From Oligoflexales bacterium (GTDB taxonomy: Bacteria; Bdellovibrionota_B; Oligoflexia; Oligoflexales; CAIYRB01): DNA of 34,883 nucleotides. Below, piece by piece: positions 1 through 6,765 of this stretch; the stretch's first letter is position 1, and every line of letters starts with the position of its first letter. The notes beneath the pieces are model-generated. The model saw nothing but the letters and a program-made list of their open reading frames with translations, was not told the DNA's origin and ran no database searches. Both the position numbers and the translations under genes were made by a program. The DNA lies in NCBI GenBank assembly GCA_041736175.1, contig JBGSUI010000028.1, forward strand, positions 1-34,883, written 5' to 3'.

Positions 1-361
1 CGTCCTTGCGAACTCGGTTATGAAACCTGGGTGCTCTGTAGCGTAATTTTCGTCCTCTCCTGGTTCTCCTGTAGCTTCGTCTCTGCGTTAGCTTGTCCGA
101 AATATCCTTTCTTGTGTCGGTCTCGGAAGCGTATAGCACTGTCCCGGACTCTGTTCTTGCCGCCGCTCCGATATGATTAGAGCCAGCGTCGACGGTGAGT
201 TTGACCTTCTGCTTGTAGCCGGACGAACCGTAGAGAAGCTTGATTGTAAAAGGTTCGCGGCCAACGACCTTAGCTTTTCCCTCTTTTAAAAGCCTTCTGG
301 CTTTACCAGGTGAGCACGGCATAAGAGGTTTGCCGTGTTTGTTCAGAACATATGCTACCAT
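1..361 (-). CDS. iscB: IscB-family RNA-guided endonuclease (IS200/IS605 OMEGA), N-terminal part; runs off the window edge
   Basis: My translation from ATG at 361 (RBS GGGAGG upstream): MVAYVLNKHGKPLMPCSPGKARRLLKEGKAKVVGREPFTIKLLYGSSGYKQKVKLTVDAGSNHIGAAARTESGTVLYASETDTRKDISDKLTQRRSYRRTRRGRKLRYRAPRFHNRVRKD. It shows the PLMP motif, PFTI, the RuvC-I Asp (VDAGS) and the Arg-rich bridge helix. The HNH region lies outside the window, so IsrB cannot be excluded. Confidence 0.93.
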   Translation of the reverse strand, partial: MVAYVLNKHGKPLMPCSPGKARRLLKEGKAKVVGREPFTIKLLYGSSGYKQKVKLTVDAGSNHIGAAARTESGTVLYASETDTRKDISDKLTQRRSYRRTRRGRKLRYRAPRFHNRVRKD

Positions 362-379
362 TGAGCATACCTCCCTGAA

Positions 380-662
380 CAGGAGTTGTGCGTATCCACC
401 ATGGGGAAGGCCCTTGACGGACTCCGACTTACTCTCGACCGGATGTGACAAGGTTTAACGCTATACACACTACCACTCCTCTCGTGGTTTTTTAATGCAT
501 AGCCGCAGAGCAAGGGACTGAGTCGCCATCCCAGGGTGCCTGAATTTTCTTGTCCATCGTTTACAACCATTAACTCTTACGATCCTTTCTTGGTTGTGGT
601 CTGGTGAAGTGCTCCCGGTTTCCCGGAAGCCGCCGAGTCTTTAGCTCGGACGGAGGCTTCAC
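380..662 (-). ncRNA. omegaRNA (HEARO-like) scaffold upstream of iscB
   Basis: The minus strand reads GTGAAG...CCGAGCTAAAGACTCGG...CTTCACCAGAC...GGCACCCTGGGATGGCGACTCAGTCCC..GCTCTGCGG...TTAAA...GGTCGAGAG, matching the typical omegaRNA layout. The 5' GTGAAG (662-657) pairs with CTTCAC (609-604). The 3' end is approximate. Confidence 0.85.
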
Positions 663-782
663 GGTTTCACGAACAAACGTCGATTTACCAACCTGCCTGG
701 CACCACGAACGATAAGAGGCTTGCGCTGCTCTCGTCTCAGCCATGCGTTACATGCTTTTTCTACTTTTCTTGGTATATACAA
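663..782 (-). pseudogene. 5' fragment of an AAA-family ATPase (AAA_14/DUF4143-like), interrupted by the IscB element
   Basis: TTG at 782 with RBS GAGGT; reads YIPRKVEKACNAWLRREQRKPLIVRGARQVGKSTFVRET. Walker A is GARQVGKS, and family similarity ends at the omegaRNA start. Confidence 0.8.
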
Positions 783-875
783 CGTATTAGACCTCAAAAT
801 CAAGCTACGTTCATTATAGTATATAATATGGGTCATTTTAATACAATGAGGTATTATACTGGTAACTATCTATTT

Positions 876-1361
876 TTAAATACTCTTTAGATGATTTTGC
901 CGCAACAGGAACCTAGCGGATGAGTCTAAACTCGGATATGAATGGCTTTTGCAAAAATTAAGAAGATTTAACAAGCCTCTGTAGAGGTCAAACTTTTCTG
1001 CTGGAGACAACCTGGCTAATTCCTCTTGAGATAGCTTGGCAGCTTGGGCTGGCAGATAAGGGAGATATAAAAATTGGTTTACGTTTGGGTTGCCATTCCA
1101 TCGTTGGGCGACGCCACCTTTATGACTGGGCCAATAGGTGTAGGCCCAAGGCTGGACCGCAAGGCTTCCGGAAAGGGGCAGCTGGGAAAAAACAGTGGTC
1201 AGACCTGTGTCTGTGAGAATCACCGGGTTGTTATGCTCGTTCCAGAGGTTTGTAAGGGTGGAGTATTGATTAGGACCGCAGCCTGTAAGGAGCAGGAGAG
1301 CGACACTCTTAATCATAAACAAATAAAATTTACTAAAATCACGCTTAGAATACGTCTTCAT
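876..1361 (-). pseudogene. Truncated lipoprotein resembling the transglutaminase-elicitor (GP42-like) family
   Basis: Lipobox LLTGC; motifs PWAYTYWPSHKGGVAQRW and LSPAEKFDLY. The recognisable sequence stops at about 975 and the catalytic W-x-G-x-C-H region is absent. Confidence 0.6.
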
Positions 1362-1387
1362 AAAAAGGAACCTTTAAAAATAAAATG

Positions 1388-1416
1388 AGTTTAGACCTAA
1401 CCACTAGGTCTAAACT
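1388..1416. promoter_or_regulatory. Perfect 12-bp inverted repeat between divergent genes (operator or hairpin)
   Basis: AGTTTAGACCTA-accac-TAGGTCTAAACT. Confidence 0.5.
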
Positions 1417-1672
1417 TAAAGCCAATGACCCAGGTTTTATAGCTGGGTTGAATCTGTTAAACAACTGGCGAAGCAACGTGCCCACAATTTGTCCACGGCG
1501 CGGGTCATAAAGAGATCAAATACCCAGCTAAGCCGAGACATTAAAGGCTATTTGTGATTATCATCCATGGTGCGGAAAGACTTAAAAGGAGTCTTGAGTT
1601 TTAAGAATAGCCTTAGGTCTAAAGATAGATTACTCTTAGTGTCGGGTCACCCAGCTATGAGGAGGTTTTCCC

Positions 1673-2722
1673 TTGGAAAAGAGTCCCCTTTGGATGCTCA
1701 CCCAAGAGCCACTGCTCAACTCTTTTGTCGCCTACCTCTCCGAGACGGTACGGCGGATCATGGCCGCACCTCAGGATCCCGTTACCATCAGCTTTTCCCA
1801 AAGCCACCTGGGGGACATCCGTAAGGCCTTTGCGGGAATGCTCCTCAGGGGAGAGCGCAAGCTCCACCTTTTCGCGGAGCTGGTCTCTCGGGAGTATGTG
1901 GGGGCCTACCTTCTCTCAAGCGTCGTCTTTGGAGAGATCGAAAACAGTCGCGAGCGGTTTGTGCTGTCCCAAAGCATCAGTAGTGATGACCTCTATTCCA
2001 TAACCGACTTGGATCTGGGCAATCGCCAGCTTTCCAAACTTCGGTTTTTTCAGAACGAGCAATGGGTCAAGGCCAATCTCGTCGCCAATGTGGTCGAATA
2101 CCAACCCGTGGCCCTCAACTCCCATCAGATCCAAAAGATCATCAGCCGCATCAAAGCAGAGGAGGAGATCTGGAACAAAGTGGTGGACGAAATCTTCGAT
2201 CTGGACTCCCTCGTCAAGCGGGACAAGCTGGTCAGCCACCTTAGTTTTTTTGTCAAAGACGTCTTTGGGATCAAAATCGTCGTGGCCCAAGCCCAGGATG
2301 TGGTTCCCCTCCACCAAACCCTCCTGTCTCGTCCCTTTGCCGCGGGCCTACGCCAAGAGCTGCGCATCCCCGTTGAGCCCTCCACGGAGTCCATCGAAGT
2401 CCTCGAAGTCAAAAACTACGGCGGAGCCGAATACCAAAAACAAAGCGGCTGGGATGCTATTAAATCCGTGATCAGCTGGTGGGGCAAAACCATCGAGGTT
2501 CAGATATTGCCCCTTTCCATTTATTTAAACGAGCGGGAGTACCTCACCCAAGAAAGCCACGCCGGGTTTCGCTCCCGGCGCGAGGAACTCCGGTCGATGG
2601 TCACTCGGGAGATCCCCCTCTTTGGTTTTATGCGGGCCTTACTCCAATGGGTGTTTGTCGATGGCAACGATCCCGCAAAAACACCACACTTTCCTGGTAT
2701 CAGCATCGAAATCTCCCCTTAG
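1673..2722 (+). CDS. Hypothetical protein with a C-terminal RelA/SpoT-like nucleotidyltransferase domain
   Basis: 349 aa, RBS GAGGAGG. Motif order SRIK...K / DVFGIKIVV / VKNY / KQSGWDAIK / IEVQI parallels the RelA_SpoT synthetase motifs. Confidence 0.6.
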   Translation: MEKSPLWMLTQEPLLNSFVAYLSETVRRIMAAPQDPVTISFSQSHLGDIRKAFAGMLLRGERKLHLFAELVSREYVGAYLLSSVVFGEIENSRERFVLSQSISSDDLYSITDLDLGNRQLSKLRFFQNEQWVKANLVANVVEYQPVALNSHQIQKIISRIKAEEEIWNKVVDEIFDLDSLVKRDKLVSHLSFFVKDVFGIKIVVAQAQDVVPLHQTLLSRPFAAGLRQELRIPVEPSTESIEVLEVKNYGGAEYQKQSGWDAIKSVISWWGKTIEVQILPLSIYLNEREYLTQESHAGFRSRREELRSMVTREIPLFGFMRALLQWVFVDGNDPAKTPHFPGISIEISP

Positions 2723-2723
2723 G

Positions 2724-2742
2724 GTGCAACAGGCTGTTGCAC
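2724..2742. terminator. Inverted repeat between convergent genes, possible bidirectional terminator
   Basis: GTGCAACAG-G-CTGTTGCAC between the stops at 2722 and 2755; no clear U-tract. Confidence 0.35.
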
Positions 2743-2754
2743 AATGCCCTTGGG

Positions 2755-4161
2755 TCACCCCAAGACCTCAGCTCCTCCAACGGTCACCAAGACGTCATCT
2801 TCGATACGAATGCCCCCGTGGGGACTAAGGTCGGCGATGACGTCCTGATCAAAATAAACCCGGTTTTCACCTTCTAAATGGGGATTAATCAGTGAAGGTA
2901 TAAAATAAATCCCTGGCTCGATGGTGATCACATGGCCTGGCTCTAGGGTGCGAAGATTGCGTAGGTAAGTCCCCCCAGGGACCTGGGCAGGAGGAGCGAC
3001 AGGATCACCCTCAGGGGTCGCCTGTTTGCCTCCGATATCGTGGACTTGGAGCCCCAGGTGGTGTCCCAATCCATGGGGGAAAAACACCCGACTCAGCCCC
3101 TTGGCCACGATGGCTTCGAGACTTAAATTTTTGAGGATTCCAGCCTCTCGTAAACAAGTGGCTATCTTGAGGTGACACTCTTCATGAAGCTCCACAAAGG
3201 GTTTGCCCGGCTTGACTGCGGCGACGAGTTGTTTTTGGATGTCATTCAACATTCTGAGCAAGCCTTGAAAGCCTTGGGAGCTATCTCGCCCACTGTAGGT
3301 ACGGGTTACGTCCGAGGCATACCCACGAAACTGGGTCCCGGCATCGATCAAAAACGAAAAATCTTTAGTCTCTCGGATGACCCGCTTATTTTGATAGTGG
3401 AGGATCCGAGCCCTCTCATTAAGGGCGACGATGCTTTGGTAGGGCAGATCCGCTTCAGTCATCTGGGCCCCCGCCAAAAAAGCCAGGTGGAGTTCAAACT
3501 CCGACGCAGGTCCTGCCAGGTAGCGCTGCCGGGTTTTTTCGTGGGCTAAGGCCGCCGACTGCTGGGCCGCTTTTAGGCAGAAGATCTCATAGGGGGTCTT
3601 TGTCGCTCGGTTCCAATCAAGCCTTGCGGTCAAGCCCTTAGGGTTTATGTCCCAACCCAAGTCCGAAAAGGCAGCCTTAGGGGGACCAACTAAAACGCAG
3701 CGTTTCTTGCCGACGGTTTGGACCACGTCCGTTTCTAAATCGCTAAGCTTTGAGAAAACCCTGACCTCAAAAAGGTTTTCCGAAAGATCAAAAACATCCT
3801 CTCCCCGCCCCATCACGCGCCAACCACCTTGAGGGAGACGAAACCCGTCGGTTTCGTGCCAAAAATCTTCGGGACGATACATAAACAAGATAGGACGCTG
3901 TCCGGGGACCACAACCAGCACATGGTCGGGCGAAGCGAGCGGGGTCCAGTGGGCAAAGTGGGGCGTCGGTACAAACACCCCGTGGCGATCGTCTGCAAAA
4001 TACTCCCACGAAGGACCTGCGTCGATCAGGACCGCTTCATAGTTTGTCTGGGCGAGGACCTGTTCGTAGCTCTGCCGTAACAGGTTAACATGGGCCTCAT
4101 AGAGTGCGGCTACAGAAGGTTCCGAGGCTGCTATCTCGGCGTTGATCACGGGTTTACTCAC
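2755..4161 (-). CDS. pepQ: Xaa-Pro dipeptidase (prolidase, M24B)
   Basis: Motifs LIDAG..FRGYASDVTRT, FPHGLGHHLGLQVHD, TIEPGIYF, GGIRIEDD, plus a PepQ-type N-terminus (F..TPHFAHW). Confidence 0.9.
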   Translation of the reverse strand: MSKPVINAEIAASEPSVAALYEAHVNLLRQSYEQVLAQTNYEAVLIDAGPSWEYFADDRHGVFVPTPHFAHWTPLASPDHVLVVVPGQRPILFMYRPEDFWHETDGFRLPQGGWRVMGRGEDVFDLSENLFEVRVFSKLSDLETDVVQTVGKKRCVLVGPPKAAFSDLGWDINPKGLTARLDWNRATKTPYEIFCLKAAQQSAALAHEKTRQRYLAGPASEFELHLAFLAGAQMTEADLPYQSIVALNERARILHYQNKRVIRETKDFSFLIDAGTQFRGYASDVTRTYSGRDSSQGFQGLLRMLNDIQKQLVAAVKPGKPFVELHEECHLKIATCLREAGILKNLSLEAIVAKGLSRVFFPHGLGHHLGLQVHDIGGKQATPEGDPVAPPAQVPGGTYLRNLRTLEPGHVITIEPGIYFIPSLINPHLEGENRVYFDQDVIADLSPHGGIRIEDDVLVTVGGAEVLG

Positions 4162-4200
4162 CAGAAATACTCCTTTTTTAGACTATACCGTTATCAACCC

Positions 4201-5244
4201 TCAAAGCCCTCGCAGCAGCGCACAACCCCAGGTCAATCCCGAACCAACCACACTGACCGCCACGAGATCCCCTGGTTTAAACCGTTTCCAGTTAAGGGAA
4301 AGCACCGCTGGGGCTCCGGCTCCTCCTTGGTTGCCGTATTGGTCCACGTTGTAAAGGTGTTGCTCCGGCTTAAGGTGCAGCTTGTCGGCTACCGAGACCA
4401 GCATCCTGAGGTTTGCTTGATGTCCCACAAAATAGTTTAAATCACCCACCTGAAATCGATTTTTTTCCAGGAGCTCTAACGTTACGGCTACCGTTTTTGT
4501 CACCGCAAACTTTTGCACCACCGCACCGTTTTGACTAAAGGTCCCCCCATCTGGAATCACCACATGGCGGTGTCCTGCGGGATTCGAATGGACCACTGTA
4601 TCGAGGATTTCAAGCCCCCTGATGCCGCCCGAGCCTGTACTGGGGTCCGGCGTCCATTGGTTCATGTTCTGCACGAGGGCGGCGGCGGCTCCGTCACCAA
4701 ACAGCACACAAGAGGAGCGGTCACTATAGTTAAGGCGAGTGGAGTACCGCTCGGCGTTAAAGATCCCGATCTGCCGGTGGGCACCCGAGCGGATCAGACT
4801 CCGAGCCACATGGAGATTGACCACAAAACTACTACAAGCCGAATTGACATCAAAGCTAGCACAGTCAAGACCAAGGTGGGAGGCGATGGCACAGGCGTTA
4901 GCCGGAATATCCCAGTCTGGCACCGATGTGCCGGCAATCACTAAATCAGGTTGAATTTGATGCCCTAGATCTGTGGCCCGTTCTTTTAAAAGACTCCAGG
5001 CAGGCTCCGCTAAAGACCCTAAGGTTTGGATCCGCCCCGCTCTTACCAAATCATCGCGGGTCAACTGACCCGTCCTTAAAGCCAGAATATCTCCCTCACT
5101 CAGAACGGAGCATCGCTGGCGTATGCCGATCCGGTCAAGAATCCAATCCGCTGCCGAGTCGATGGCAAGCTGGTCAAAGAAGTCGTTTGCGATCACCGTT
5201 TCTGGATAGCTATGGCCAAGAGCCTGAATCATCACCCTGTCCAT
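4201..5244 (-). CDS. fabH: 3-oxoacyl-ACP synthase III (FabH-like)
   Basis: Cys-His-Asn triad in DVNSACSSF, GHQANLR and YGNQG; also LFGDGAAA and GSGLTWG. Confidence 0.85.
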   Translation of the reverse strand: MDRVMIQALGHSYPETVIANDFFDQLAIDSAADWILDRIGIRQRCSVLSEGDILALRTGQLTRDDLVRAGRIQTLGSLAEPAWSLLKERATDLGHQIQPDLVIAGTSVPDWDIPANACAIASHLGLDCASFDVNSACSSFVVNLHVARSLIRSGAHRQIGIFNAERYSTRLNYSDRSSCVLFGDGAAAALVQNMNQWTPDPSTGSGGIRGLEILDTVVHSNPAGHRHVVIPDGGTFSQNGAVVQKFAVTKTVAVTLELLEKNRFQVGDLNYFVGHQANLRMLVSVADKLHLKPEQHLYNVDQYGNQGGAGAPAVLSLNWKRFKPGDLVAVSVVGSGLTWGCALLRGL

Positions 5245-5254
5245 GACAAGCTCC

Positions 5255-6037
5255 TTAACCTAAGTACATACCGCCGTTAACATGGAGGGTTGTTCCTGTG
5301 ATATAGGCCGATCTTTCCGATGCCAAAAACTCCACGGCCTGGGCGACATCCAAGGCAGACCCCATTTTTTTCATGGGAATTTTGGCTAAAATCGCCGCTT
5401 TTTGTTCGGGGCCAAGATCTTTGGTCATATCGGTTTCGATAAACCCTGGAGCGACCACATTACAGAGGATCCCCGCAGGTGCGAGTTCCTGGGCAATGCT
5501 CCTGGTAAACCCGACGATTGCTGACTTTGTCGCAGCATACATGCTTTGACCTGCGTTGCCGGTATAGCCGACCACCGACGATATGTTAATAATGCGTCCC
5601 CATTTTTGCCGGAGCATCAGTTTACTGGCTAGCTTTGAGATAAGAAACACTGGTTTTAGATTAGTCGACAGCAGGGTGTCGAAATCCTCAAGCTTTGCAA
5701 AAGCCAGGATCTGGTCGATGGAGATGCCAGCATTGTTGACCACAACATCAAGGCTACCCCATTCTTCCTTGACCGCCTTGACGAGATTTTGACAGTCCTC
5801 AGGTCGTGCCAGGTCAGCCTTAAAACCCTTAGCCATACCGTCGGGGAGCTGGGATATGACCTCACGGGCCTGCTCCTCGGATCCTCGGTAGTGGACGGCG
5901 ACTCGAAATCCAGCCTGCCCTAAGGTCAAAGCACACTGGGCTCCGATCCCGCGGGAAGCGCCCGTGACTAACGCCACCTTTTGTCGTGAATCTTTGGAAG
6001 GCTGCTCGCTGTTTTCAGAGGATGGGCTTATGGTCAT
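5255..6037 (-). CDS. fabG: 3-oxoacyl-ACP reductase (SDR)
   Basis: TGASRGIG, NNAGI, YAATK, VAPGFIETDMT, LHVNGG. Start moved to ATG 6037 (RBS AGGAG). Confidence 0.9.
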   Translation of the reverse strand: MTISPSSENSEQPSKDSRQKVALVTGASRGIGAQCALTLGQAGFRVAVHYRGSEEQAREVISQLPDGMAKGFKADLARPEDCQNLVKAVKEEWGSLDVVVNNAGISIDQILAFAKLEDFDTLLSTNLKPVFLISKLASKLMLRQKWGRIINISSVVGYTGNAGQSMYAATKSAIVGFTRSIAQELAPAGILCNVVAPGFIETDMTKDLGPEQKAAILAKIPMKKMGSALDVAQAVEFLASERSAYITGTTLHVNGGMYLG

Positions 6038-6152
6038 AGTTTCTCCTACGAGAGAGGTCACTGGGCCGACCCGCACACCTTGGGCACAAAGCACCAAGAA
6101 GGGATTTAACTAGATATCTCGATAGATTCCCTTGGGCAAGGAAAACCTCTCG

Positions 6153-6764
6153 TCACCGGCACCGCCTCACCCCCGAGGGATCTCCCTGGCAGCTAAGCCC
6201 AGGGGCGCAAACCCCCTGTCGGCGGTCAAGGGTAGCCACAAAAAAGCTCCCATTGCTCTGGTCCTGATCGCACAGCTCATTTTTTGTAAATCCCTGTCCA
6301 CACTTACCTTTAAGGGCTCCTGCGGGTTTCATACACACCCCGGCACCGGCGCAGCTAACGGACGATTCACAGGAGGCACCTTTTGGGATTAGACCGTCGA
6401 GTACCTGATAACAGACTGGGGGAATGTGAGCCCCCTGAGCCCCAAGAGACGGCTGGGGACTCTTGCCGCTTGGAGGGACTCGACCCTTGCGTAGTTCCAA
6501 AAGACACAGACGGGCTTTTGCCGACTGATACCGCACCGCCTTTTGCTCGACCAGGGGATTGACCATTTCTAAACACTGGTGTTTGTGTTGGGTGTTATCT
6601 TGTTGCGAACAGACTCCGCCGCCTTTTTGGCAAAGCAGTGCCTCCACTTCTTCACAAAAAACCTTAGTGCTCACATACGCTCCCTCGGACCCGGGAGCCC
6701 CCAAAACCTCAAAGGCTCCCAGAGCCCAGATCACCGCAAATTTTACCAAGTTTCTCCACAGCAT
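6153..6764 (-). CDS. Secreted cysteine-rich hypothetical protein
   Basis: N-terminal signal peptide and many spaced Cys (e.g. GASCESSVSCAGAGVC, GVCAPGLSC); directly follows the upstream gene's stop. Confidence 0.65.
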   Translation of the reverse strand: MLWRNLVKFAVIWALGAFEVLGAPGSEGAYVSTKVFCEEVEALLCQKGGGVCSQQDNTQHKHQCLEMVNPLVEQKAVRYQSAKARLCLLELRKGRVPPSGKSPQPSLGAQGAHIPPVCYQVLDGLIPKGASCESSVSCAGAGVCMKPAGALKGKCGQGFTKNELCDQDQSNGSFFVATLDRRQGVCAPGLSCQGDPSGVRRCR

Positions 6765-6765
6765 C

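Larger units (their letters stand above)
1..662 (-). mobile_element. IS200/IS605-family IscB element, left portion
   Basis: iscB plus omegaRNA, with a subterminal hairpin CCGAG-CTAAAGA-CTCGG near 633-649. It interrupts an ATPase reading frame at about 662/663. Confidence 0.8.

Noticed and set aside
1..662. Group II intron or Cas9 locus
   Set aside because: The translation shows the IscB PLMP/RuvC-I/bridge-helix pattern and an omegaRNA layout, with no RT motifs or CRISPR repeats.
240..836. Short ORFs 240-458, 355-570, 604-819 and the full 570-836 ORF as real genes
   Set aside because: They overlap iscB or the omegaRNA; only 782-663 encodes recognisable ATPase sequence.
1466..1484. Sigma54 promoter for the 1361 or 1673 gene
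   Set aside because: Spacing is GG-N11-GC on both strands, not the required N10.
921..1623. Integron attC sites (GTCTAAAC-like motifs)
   Set aside because: No R''/L''/L'/R' arrangement at gene ends and no integron integrase.
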